55,454 nucleotides of DNA, from positions 1 through 55,454 of the IMG/VR virus record IMGVR_UViG_3300048687_000048; one strand, 5' to 3'. Positions 48,669 through 55,374 of this stretch are shown in pieces. The translations under genes and the position numbers were made by a program. Origin of the DNA: a virus. Taxonomy: Duplodnaviria > Caudoviricetes. The notes under the pieces are model-generated. The model did not search any database. It saw only the letters and a program-made list of their open reading frames with translations, and was not told the DNA's origin. Positions within the stretch are counted from its first letter, which is position 1. Each line of letters opens with the position of its first letter.

Positions 48669-50255
48669 TCAGACCCTACCGGCCGAGAAGTCAGCGATCA
48701 GACTGGGCGCCGCCGAGTCGAACCCGACGATGTCCAGCATCCCAGCGTCGCTGGGATCAGCGATGCTGAACTGGTTGGCGCACATGCCGACCACTACGCA
48801 GCGGGCGGGGATGCCGGTCCGCTGGCGGTACTGACGCAACGCCTGCACCGGGTGGATCGAGCCGGCCCACGTCTCCGAGTCCGTGTAGATCACGAAGGTG
48901 TCCACGCTGACACCGTGCTTGATCGCCCACAGCATCGGCTGAGCGCAGTCCGTCCGGTCGAACGGCATGCGCCGGGTCGAGTTGACCACGTCGGCCAGCG
49001 ACATCCCGGCGTGCAGGTTGATGGGGATGAACCCACCGCTGAACGCCATGACTGCCGTCTGCGGCTCGGTCGCCAGCGTCACCAACGCCATCGCACTCGA
49101 CGCCTCACGGGCCGAGAGGAAGGTGCCAGCGATCTGGCTGCCGTCCATGGAGCCCGACACGTCGAGCGCCACCAGCGTGCGCTTGTTGGCCGGCTCCACG
49201 TTGTCGAACGCCATCGAGAACGTGTTGCCCAGTGCGTTGACCACCTTGCCCGAGGGCTGCCAGGTGAGGCTGCCCTTGAAGCCGTGACCCTCGGCGTAGG
49301 TAGCCGCTGCGGTGAGGACGTTGAGCGGATGGATCCGGCTGCCCTTCACCGCCCGCTCGTTGACCAGTCGCTCAGCGACCATGACCTCGGCCCCCGACAT
49401 CGGCTTGATGGTGCCGTTGGCGGTGAGCCGGCCGAGGTTCCGCACGAGCGCACCCAAACCGAGGTTCGGGAGCATGGCGTGCCAGATCTCCGGCTTGGTC
49501 AGCATCTCGGACGGCACCACCTCCCAGGGGAGGCGGAACTGCTCGATCAACTGCACGGCCTCGTCAACCGTGGTGCCGTTGTCGTGGAGCTTGTCCACGG
49601 CCCCGAGGAACGTGCCCTCGACGCCCGGCACCTTGTTGACGGCCCAGCCGAGCGCCTTGGCCTTGGACGAGCCCACCGTGGGGCGGGGCTTCGACAGGCG
49701 CAGCAGGTCACGGTGCGACCAGCCCTCACGGGACTGGTACTTCGCCACCTGGAGGCACAGGTCGTCCAGGTCACGGTTCATGTACCAGTCACCGATGGCC
49801 GTCCGCAGCGAGCGGCCCCAGCCCCGGAACTGCTCGACGTAGGAGGCGAACAGCAACAGGTGGGAGCCGGTGCGGCAGACCAAGGGCAGCGCATCGAGCG
49901 CCGCCTGACGCACGGTGAGATCGTGCTCCCAGCCGGCGCACATGGCGAGGACGAACATCGTCGGGTGCTGCTTGGGCGCCCGTCCGTTGACGGAGATGTC
50001 CACGACGGTGGAGACGACCCGCAGCCCGTCCTCATGGATGCACTCCATGATCTTGACGGCGGCGTCCTTGGTCAGCTTGCGCTCCGACGTGTAATACGTC
50101 CCGCCCTCGGTGCCGAGCACCAGGAAGCGGTTGAGCATGGTCCAGCGATCGACCGGGAAGCTGTGCCCGCCGGCAGCGTTGGGAACGGTGCCGGGGATCG
50201 GCTTGCTCTGGGGCGTGGCCGTGGTCGAGATGTCGTGGTATGGCGTGCGTGCCAT
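48669..50255 (-). CDS. rsr: Ro60 (TROVE + vWA domain) RNA-binding protein, 528 aa
   Basis: NAAGG.SF, RFLVLGTEGGTYY, RTGSHL, GWGRSLR, KYQSREGWSHRDLLRLSKP, ALVRNLGRLT, MIDAS DVSGSM, TDCA.PM, YTDSETW, SIADP.D.GMLDIVGFD. SD GGAGG lies 6 nt before ATG 50255. Confidence 0.95.
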   Translation of the reverse strand: MARTPYHDISTTATPQSKPIPGTVPNAAGGHSFPVDRWTMLNRFLVLGTEGGTYYTSERKLTKDAAVKIMECIHEDGLRVVSTVVDISVNGRAPKQHPTMFVLAMCAGWEHDLTVRQAALDALPLVCRTGSHLLLFASYVEQFRGWGRSLRTAIGDWYMNRDLDDLCLQVAKYQSREGWSHRDLLRLSKPRPTVGSSKAKALGWAVNKVPGVEGTFLGAVDKLHDNGTTVDEAVQLIEQFRLPWEVVPSEMLTKPEIWHAMLPNLGLGALVRNLGRLTANGTIKPMSGAEVMVAERLVNERAVKGSRIHPLNVLTAAATYAEGHGFKGSLTWQPSGKVVNALGNTFSMAFDNVEPANKRTLVALDVSGSMDGSQIAGTFLSAREASSAMALVTLATEPQTAVMAFSGGFIPINLHAGMSLADVVNSTRRMPFDRTDCAQPMLWAIKHGVSVDTFVIYTDSETWAGSIHPVQALRQYRQRTGIPARCVVVGMCANQFSIADPSDAGMLDIVGFDSAAPSLIADFSAGRV

Positions 50256-50261
50256 GGTGGT

Positions 50262-50347
50262 CCTCCGGTCAAGTAGTGACGGACCCAAGCTCCGGGTCTT
50301 ACCCCGGTGGCCCTTCCATAGGTAAGGGTCCGTCTCCGGCCCGAAGG
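50262..50347 (-). ncRNA. Y-RNA-like element Y4 (86 nt), overlapping the ro60 Shine-Dalgarno
   Basis: CCUUCGGGCCGGA-GACGGACCC-UUACC...GGGUCCGUC-ACUACUUGACCGGAGG. Confidence 0.8.
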
Positions 50348-50362
50348 TGGGCCAGACTGTGC

Positions 50363-50501
50363 GCTACGGGCAAGTGACGCCCCCGGTAGTCCCCAGCCGA
50401 AGCTGGGGTCCCGGCTCAGGCAGAACCGGGAGTGCGGGTTTGAACCGCTAGGCCCCCTGCGGGGTCTGGTACCTGGTAACCGGATGACTCCGGCCCGTAG
50501 C
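50363..50501 (-). ncRNA. Y-RNA-like element Y3 (139 nt), four-hairpin payload
   Basis: GCUACGGGCCGGA-GUCAUCCGG-UUACC...CCGGGGGCGUCACUUGCCCGUAGC; includes GCGG-UUCAAAC-CCGC. Confidence 0.8.
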
Positions 50502-50510
50502 TATGTAGGT

Positions 50511-50637
50511 GCTGAGGTCAAGTGATGCTGCTCGGGGTTTGCCGCTCTACCAACTGAGCTAACGGGTTGCCCCGTACGGGATTCGAACCCGTGACCTGCC
50601 CTTTACAAGAGGTAACCGAACTGCTCCGGCCCTCAGC
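50511..50637 (-). ncRNA. Y RNA Y2 (127 nt), YrlA-like with permuted tRNA domain
   Basis: GCUGAGGGCCGGA-GCAGUUCGG-UUACC; T arm ACGGG-UUCGAAU-CCCGU; closed acceptor ACGGG-GCAA-CCCGU; D arm GCUC-AGUUGGUA-GAGC; ends ACUUGACCUCAGC. Confidence 0.9.
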
Positions 50638-50651
50638 GAGATCTGTTGTGC

Positions 50652-50723
50652 GCTCCGGTCAAGTGAATGCCAGCGGGGGTTGTGTGTTCAGATACAGGTA
50701 ACCCGATGGCTCCGGCCCGGAGC
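50652..50723 (-). ncRNA. Y-RNA-like element Y1 (72 nt), minimal
   Basis: GCUCCGGGCCGGA-GCCAUCGGG-UUACC...CCCGCUGGC-AUUCACUUGACCGGAGC. Confidence 0.8.
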
Positions 50724-50730
50724 AGTGCAC

Positions 50731-50759
50731 AAGATACGGGACCTTTGTGAGATACGCAA
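50731..50759 (-). promoter_or_regulatory. SigA-type promoter of the Y-RNA/ro60 operon
   Basis: TTGCGT-N17-TATCTT; the predicted +1 falls at about 50724-50723, the 5' end of Y1. Confidence 0.7.
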
Positions 50760-50761
50760 CC

Positions 50762-51226
50762 CTATTTCCGAGGTCCCGGCGGCAGGGCTTTCGGCTGGGG
50801 TCGGCGGCGCAGCTTCAACTTCGCCTCGATCTCCACGAGGCAGCGCTCGATGACCCCGACCCTGTCGGGTAGTCCCTGTAGGGCGGTATGGATCTCTGCG
50901 AGCAGGGCCTCACGATCGGCCAGCCTGTCACGGAGGCCCTGGTTCACCGCACGGAGTTCTTCCCAGCCCTCGGTGCGCTTCTGCAGGGCGATGGTGGAGC
51001 CGGCGATCTCGGTGCGCCAGATCACCGTGGCGGCGGCGTGCTTGGCGTACTGGTCCTGCTGGGCTTCCAACTCGGCCAGGCGAGCCTCCAACCGCTCCAG
51101 CCTGGTCAAGGGGGTGATGACCGGCTCCATCTCGTGGTCGTCCCACGGACAGCAGACCTCTCCGGTGTTGGTCAGCTTCTCCGTGCAGTCAGCGAGGCTC
51201 ATCCCGCAGACCGTGCAGTAACTCAT
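50762..51226 (-). CDS. Hypothetical protein (Cys-rich N-terminus, coiled coil)
   Basis: YCTVCG...CC; heptad-rich body; RBS GGGGAGG. Confidence 0.6.
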   Translation of the reverse strand: MSYCTVCGMSLADCTEKLTNTGEVCCPWDDHEMEPVITPLTRLERLEARLAELEAQQDQYAKHAAATVIWRTEIAGSTIALQKRTEGWEELRAVNQGLRDRLADREALLAEIHTALQGLPDRVGVIERCLVEIEAKLKLRRRPQPKALPPGPRK

Positions 51227-51355
51227 GCTCGCCCTCCCCAGGCTTCACCTGCTCCGACACCGGATCCTTCGTGTTCCAGACGTAGTCGTCCAGCACGCAC
51301 GCAGGGCTAGTCGGTCTACCCGGCTCCCAGGGAGGACGAGCGAGTTGATGTTAAC

Positions 51356-51886
51356 TCAGCCGCCCCAAGGACTCCACCCCATCCGGGCATGAGCCTCCAG
51401 GGCGCAGCGCACGTCGGTGGACAGGTTCTGGGTGTCGGAGCGCACGTCGGCGCCGCACCAGTTCATCCAGTTGTTGCGGAGCCCCTGGGTCAGGCCGTTG
51501 AGGCCGAAGCGGCTGTAGCTCCAGTCGTCGTGGTCGTGGACGAACTGCGGCGAGCAGCCCGACTCACGGGGAGCGATGCGGTAGGCCAGGCGCTGGGCCA
51601 CGCCGTCGCTGGCGCCCTGCCGGCGCAACTCGTCGTAGATGCCGTCGCATCCCCCTCGTCCGGACGAGGCGGCTTCGACCGCCGGCTCGTCGTTGTCCTG
51701 CTCGTGCTCACCGGTGGCGAGACTGGCGGCGACCTCCGGGGTGTTGGCGAAGGCCTCGGCAGCGGCGGGATCCTGGGCGTGCCACTCCGTCCAAGCTCGG
51801 AGTTCGTTGGGCGTACATCCTGCCGTGAGTCCGAGCGCAGCGATCGCTGCGCCTGTGGTGAGCAGTCGTCGGTTCAGTAGCTTCAT
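51356..51886 (-). CDS. Lipoprotein with lysozyme-like (SLT/Rpf-like) domain
   Basis: Lipobox TAGC; IAPRESGC...FGLNG...CA.......GWSPW; RBS AAGGAGGA. Confidence 0.65.
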   Translation of the reverse strand: MKLLNRRLLTTGAAIAALGLTAGCTPNELRAWTEWHAQDPAAAEAFANTPEVAASLATGEHEQDNDEPAVEAASSGRGGCDGIYDELRRQGASDGVAQRLAYRIAPRESGCSPQFVHDHDDWSYSRFGLNGLTQGLRNNWMNWCGADVRSDTQNLSTDVRCALEAHARMGWSPWGG

Positions 51887-51963
51887 GGGTTCGTCGTCCT
51901 CCTTACGGTTTGGTTACGAGCGTCTTACCCTACGGGAGTGGGGGCCTGTGGTACAGTGTGGGG

Positions 51964-52440
51964 GTGACCGCCCGCCGTGTTCTGCCCCGTCGCACCCCCT
52001 TTGACCTGGCACAACGTGTTCAGGATTATTTGCTGAACCGATCGATCAAGGAGCGCTCGACGTACCACGAGGACACTGGGAAGAGGGACCTCATGACGTA
52101 CATCGAGACGTCGGGAGAGCTTGAGGACGGCGGTCACCGCCGTGTCGATCTGGACGAGCCGGTGCCCTTTGTGACATACAAGGGTGGCAAGCCGAAGGAG
52201 CAGCAGGTGGTCGGGCTGCGCCGGCAGAGCCGCAAGTCCAAGACCCTCAACGAGGACCGCACGATGGCCTACCTCAAGGAGATGGGCATGCTCGACGCCT
52301 GCACCGAGGTGGTCATCGTGCTCAACGAGGACGCCGTGCTGGCTGCCAACTACGAGGGCAAGATCACCGACGACCAACTGGAAGCGTTGTACGACGAGAA
52401 CACGCAGTACGCCTTCCTCCTGATCACCGAGGACGTGTGA
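51964..52440 (+). CDS. Hypothetical protein (probably leaderless)
   Basis: Extended -10 TGG-TACAGT ends 6 nt before GTG 51964. Confidence 0.6.
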   Translation: MTARRVLPRRTPFDLAQRVQDYLLNRSIKERSTYHEDTGKRDLMTYIETSGELEDGGHRRVDLDEPVPFVTYKGGKPKEQQVVGLRRQSRKSKTLNEDRTMAYLKEMGMLDACTEVVIVLNEDAVLAANYEGKITDDQLEALYDENTQYAFLLITEDV

Positions 52441-52637
52441 GCGCAGCCCCGCATCGTTCCCGCCGCCGCCTCACGATCCCTGCCAACGAGCAGGTGCAGA
52501 TCCAGATCCGCCTGACCCCTGAGCTACGCCAGCGCCTCGGCAAGGAAGCCGACCGCCGTGTGGTGTCGATCAACCTGCTGGCAGAGCGGGCTATCGAGTA
52601 CGCCCTGGCCCGCTGGGAGAAGCAGAGCCTCCCCTAA
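52437..52637 (+). CDS. Ribbon-helix-helix (Arc/HicB-C-like) DNA-binding protein
   Basis: QIQIRLTPELRQRL..EA....VSINLL.ERAI. Confidence 0.75.
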   Translation: MSAAPHRSRRRLTIPANEQVQIQIRLTPELRQRLGKEADRRVVSINLLAERAIEYALARWEKQSLP

Positions 52638-52673
52638 CACCCTCCTGCTAGCAACTGTGTGTATGCTGGTGGG

Positions 52674-53153
52674 GTGACCACTGGACCGCAGCGACACCAG
52701 TACCCCAAGGAACCATCTGAGGTGATGGGGTCGCAGTGGGCCACGGCACACAAGGTGTACGGCAGTGGGGACGTGGACGCTCTGTTCCACGGCGCCCCGA
52801 AGACCATCACACCGTGGCCCTCGGCCGGCCGCACCAAGTCGAACCCTCGTGGGTACGACCAGGGGCGGGTCGATGCTGCGGTCAGCAGCCCGGAGAAGCA
52901 TCTCCGGGACATGGACCCTCGCAACCTCCACGCCACACAGGGCTGGGTGACGAGGGCCGGCACCAACTACTACGGGACGGACGAGTACCGCAAGACCGGT
53001 CGCACGTTCGCTGACATGGAGCAGGCGGGCAACCGCTACCCCGTGGTGTACACGGATGTCCAGGGGCGCAACAAGCTGCTCTCTGGACACCATCGGGCTA
53101 CCGCTGCGCTGATCCATGGCACGCAGTTCCGGGCTATCCACATAGAGGAATGA
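52674..53153 (+). CDS. ParB/sulfiredoxin-like N-terminal domain protein (probably leaderless)
   Basis: LHATQ...YPVVY...LLSGHHRATAA; -10 TATGCT ends 6 nt before GTG 52674. Confidence 0.65.
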   Translation: MTTGPQRHQYPKEPSEVMGSQWATAHKVYGSGDVDALFHGAPKTITPWPSAGRTKSNPRGYDQGRVDAAVSSPEKHLRDMDPRNLHATQGWVTRAGTNYYGTDEYRKTGRTFADMEQAGNRYPVVYTDVQGRNKLLSGHHRATAALIHGTQFRAIHIEE

Positions 53154-53380
53154 TCATGATCAAGTGGGTCACACCGTCGCTGGCGGTGTGTGACGAGGGC
53201 GACTGGCCCGAGCGGTTCAGCGTTGCCGAGGCGATGCCTGCGGCCGACTGGATCCTCCAGGGCAACACGTCGTTCGTGGACACGGACGAGACTGCCGCAG
53301 CGGTGCTTCGCATCGTCGGGTTGACGGAGGATGAGGTCGCTGACCGACTCCACTTCGCCAACACGGGCAGCATCCTGTGA
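53150..53380 (+). CDS. Hypothetical protein
   Basis: ATGA/GTGA coupling on both sides. Confidence 0.55.
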   Translation: MIMIKWVTPSLAVCDEGDWPERFSVAEAMPAADWILQGNTSFVDTDETAAAVLRIVGLTEDEVADRLHFANTGSIL

Positions 53381-53715
53381 GCCTGGCGGCGTACGAGACG
53401 ACGTGGGAGAACGAGCGCAAGGGCTACATCCGGTGCCGTGCGGTCGGGCACTCGTGGCACGACTACGACAGCAACTGGGAGCCGATGTACGGCTTCCCGC
53501 TGACGCTGCGCTGCGAGCGCTGCGGCACCGAGCGCCGTGACTCCGTGGGCACCAGTGGGCAGCTACTCAACCGGCACTACGTCAAGCCGGACGACTACGA
53601 CCTCGGTCGGGACGACTTCAAGCCGACCCGCTCCGACTTCCGGCTGATGTTGCTAGCAGTGCGAGGTGATATCGAGGTGCCTCCCGTCAAGCAGCGCAAG
53701 GCGGCAGCACGGTGA
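53377..53715 (+). CDS. Zinc-ribbon protein
   Basis: CRAVGHSW...LRCERCGTER. Confidence 0.6.
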   Translation: MSLAAYETTWENERKGYIRCRAVGHSWHDYDSNWEPMYGFPLTLRCERCGTERRDSVGTSGQLLNRHYVKPDDYDLGRDDFKPTRSDFRLMLLAVRGDIEVPPVKQRKAAAR

Positions 53716-54083
53716 GCGACGAGCATCCGGTGGTGCCCGACCCCCCTGTTGTGATACAGGAGGCCGATCCGCCGGAGGGCAAGGAACCGTGTCCGCACTG
53801 CGGCAAACTGTTGACGCACAAGAGCTTGCCCGGTCACGTCCGCAAGCAGCACAACATCTACATCCGCCGTCCTCGTGGGCGCCCACCCGGTGTCCGCAAC
53901 CGACCGAAGCTCGCACTGACCGTGGTTCGTAACAACCCCGAACGCTTGACCCCCGAACAGATCACCCAGGCCACGGCTGCCATGCTGTGGCCCGAGGGTG
54001 TACCACTTGACCGCTTGGAGCGACTGCTGCGCTGGCACACTCAGACTGCCGTGTTCTTGGACATGGTGCAGGACAGCGAGTAA
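53712..54083 (+). CDS. C2H2 zinc finger + AT-hook-like protein
   Basis: CPHCGK...L..HVRKQH; RPRGRPP. Confidence 0.6.
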   Translation: MSDEHPVVPDPPVVIQEADPPEGKEPCPHCGKLLTHKSLPGHVRKQHNIYIRRPRGRPPGVRNRPKLALTVVRNNPERLTPEQITQATAAMLWPEGVPLDRLERLLRWHTQTAVFLDMVQDSE

Positions 54084-54103
54084 CACACAGCACAGGAGCA
54101 GAC

Positions 54104-54550
54104 ATGAGCAACCCAGCGGAGAAGTTCGCTGACCTGGACTACCCCGGACGGAAGAAGCCGATGAACCGTGACGCCAAACAGGAGTCGGCTGAAACCGAGG
54201 TATGGGATTCCAAGCCGGTGTACTACCTGATCAACGGTGAGCGACGGGAGTTCTTCCTCATCTCCCACCTCGCCAAGGCGCTGGACTACAGCGTCCAGAG
54301 CATCCGTGCGTGGGAGGCGCAGGGCCTGCTGGCCCGCACGCCGTACCGCTCACCACGTACCGCTCGGCCCGTCGCCGGGGGCCGCAGCAACAAGGGCAAG
54401 CGTCTCTGGACACGGGAGCAGGTGCTGGGTATCGTCCGGATTGCGAAGAAGCATGGTGTCATCTTCCCGGACCGCAAGGGCGTGAAGAACCCACCGACGC
54501 CGGCCTTCGCCGCCGAGGTTGGCGAGTTCTTCAACAGCCTCACCAAGTAA
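54104..54550 (+). CDS. MerR-like HTH DNA-binding protein
   Basis: FLISHLAKALDYSVQSIRAWEAQGLL...KRLWTREQV; RBS AGGAG. Confidence 0.75.
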   Translation: MSNPAEKFADLDYPGRKKPMNRDAKQESAETEVWDSKPVYYLINGERREFFLISHLAKALDYSVQSIRAWEAQGLLARTPYRSPRTARPVAGGRSNKGKRLWTREQVLGIVRIAKKHGVIFPDRKGVKNPPTPAFAAEVGEFFNSLTK

Positions 54551-54590
54551 CACACACTGCACCCTGCGCCCGACACCATGAGGACACCAC

Positions 54591-55316
54591 ATGCCGCCCA
54601 CCAAGCGTCCCGCCCGACGCATCGTTGCCGACGAGTTGACCGAGGCCATCGAGCCTGAGGACGACGACGGCGACACCATCTCCGCCCCCTCGATGAAGTC
54701 AGCGTCCAACGGGGACGCCATCCGTGGTGGCTGGACCGACGCCCAGAAGCAGATGGACTCCACGTCCAGCTTCGCTCAGACGTTGAAGCTGGAAGAGAAG
54801 AGCACCTTCCTCAAGTTCCTGGACGACCTGCCCTACGCCAACTTCCGTCGGCACTGGATTGAGCGCTCCACCAAGGAGGGCAAGACGTTGCGGGCCTACA
54901 CCTGCCTCAAGACGGTGGACAAGGACTGCCCGCTGTGCGACGGCGGTGACCGGGCCTCGGCGGTGGCGGCGTTCAACGTGGCCCTGATCGGTGACGACGG
55001 TCAACTGCTGCTCAAGTCCTGGGACTGCGGTCCCCGTCTCTTCAACGTGCTCAAGGGCTACGCCAACGACCCCAAGATCGGCCCGCTCTCCCGTGGCTAC
55101 TTCATGGTGAGCAAGACGGGCAAGCGGGGTACGACCCAGCACAACGTCTCTCCGGTGCGGGCGTCGTCACTGGAAGAGGACTACGACATCACGCCACCGT
55201 CGCAAGAGGACATCGAGGCCCTGGGCAAGAACAAGTACGGTCCGGAGATCATCGAGATCCCCACGGTCAAGACGCTGCGGGAAGTGGCGGCGGAGCTTGA
55301 CGACTACGACGGCTGA
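54591..55316 (+). CDS. Single-stranded DNA-binding protein (gp32-like)
   Basis: LKFLDD.P...RHWI...TC.....CPLC...FNV; acidic C-terminus; lies upstream of the polymerase. Confidence 0.7.
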   Translation: MPPTKRPARRIVADELTEAIEPEDDDGDTISAPSMKSASNGDAIRGGWTDAQKQMDSTSSFAQTLKLEEKSTFLKFLDDLPYANFRRHWIERSTKEGKTLRAYTCLKTVDKDCPLCDGGDRASAVAAFNVALIGDDGQLLLKSWDCGPRLFNVLKGYANDPKIGPLSRGYFMVSKTGKRGTTQHNVSPVRASSLEEDYDITPPSQEDIEALGKNKYGPEIIEIPTVKTLREVAAELDDYDG

Positions 55317-55374
55317 GGATCGTGGGGCGGTTGGGCTGGGGGGTCCTGACCGCCCCACTTCACGCCGGCCTCGG

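Larger units (their letters stand above)
2825..52179. repeat. Dispersed 9-bp motif GTGWSATAC / GTATSWCAC (at least 29 exact copies)
   Basis: Starts at 2825, 10054, 11051, 11803, 16345, 18790, 19715, 21078, 22726, 23480, 25116, 29862, 32625, 33499, 34831, 35518, 40135, 41727, 43142, 43157, 43249, 44463, 44515, 44913, 45478, 47010, 47028, 50747 and 52171. Confidence 0.85.

Noticed and set aside
48405-50276. 623-aa plus-strand ORF and similar long antisense ORFs (for example 26445-28031, 5971-7347, 20333-21427)
   Set aside because: These are shadow frames of genuine high-GC genes, with no recognisable motifs and biased composition.
50256-50288. ORF-track N-terminal extension of Ro60 (start 50288)
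   Set aside because: ATG 50255 has a GGAGG at 6 nt spacing, and the extension lies within the structured RNA.
50540-50615. Canonical tRNA gene or attP-associated tRNA fragment
   Set aside because: The arms are in permuted order (anticodon, T, acceptor, D), the acceptor is closed by a GCAA loop and there is no CCA end. No integrase is nearby.
50262-50723. CRISPR-like repeat-spacer array
   Set aside because: The conserved parts are two short motifs that pair across each unit with covarying stems, unit lengths vary from 72 to 139 nt, and no cas genes are present. A Y-RNA scaffold beside Ro60 explains it better.
2825-52179. 9-mer as a known host site (parS, LexA box, CRP site) or a restriction site
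   Set aside because: It does not match GTTTCACGTGAAAC, TCGAAC-N4-GTTCGA or TGTGA-N6-TCACA, and restriction sites are typically depleted rather than enriched in phages.
55322-55358. Terminator after the SSB gene
   Set aside because: The hairpin GTGGGGCGGT...ACCGCCCCAC has only a 2-nt U tail and may lie inside the polymerase reading frame, so its function cannot be assigned.
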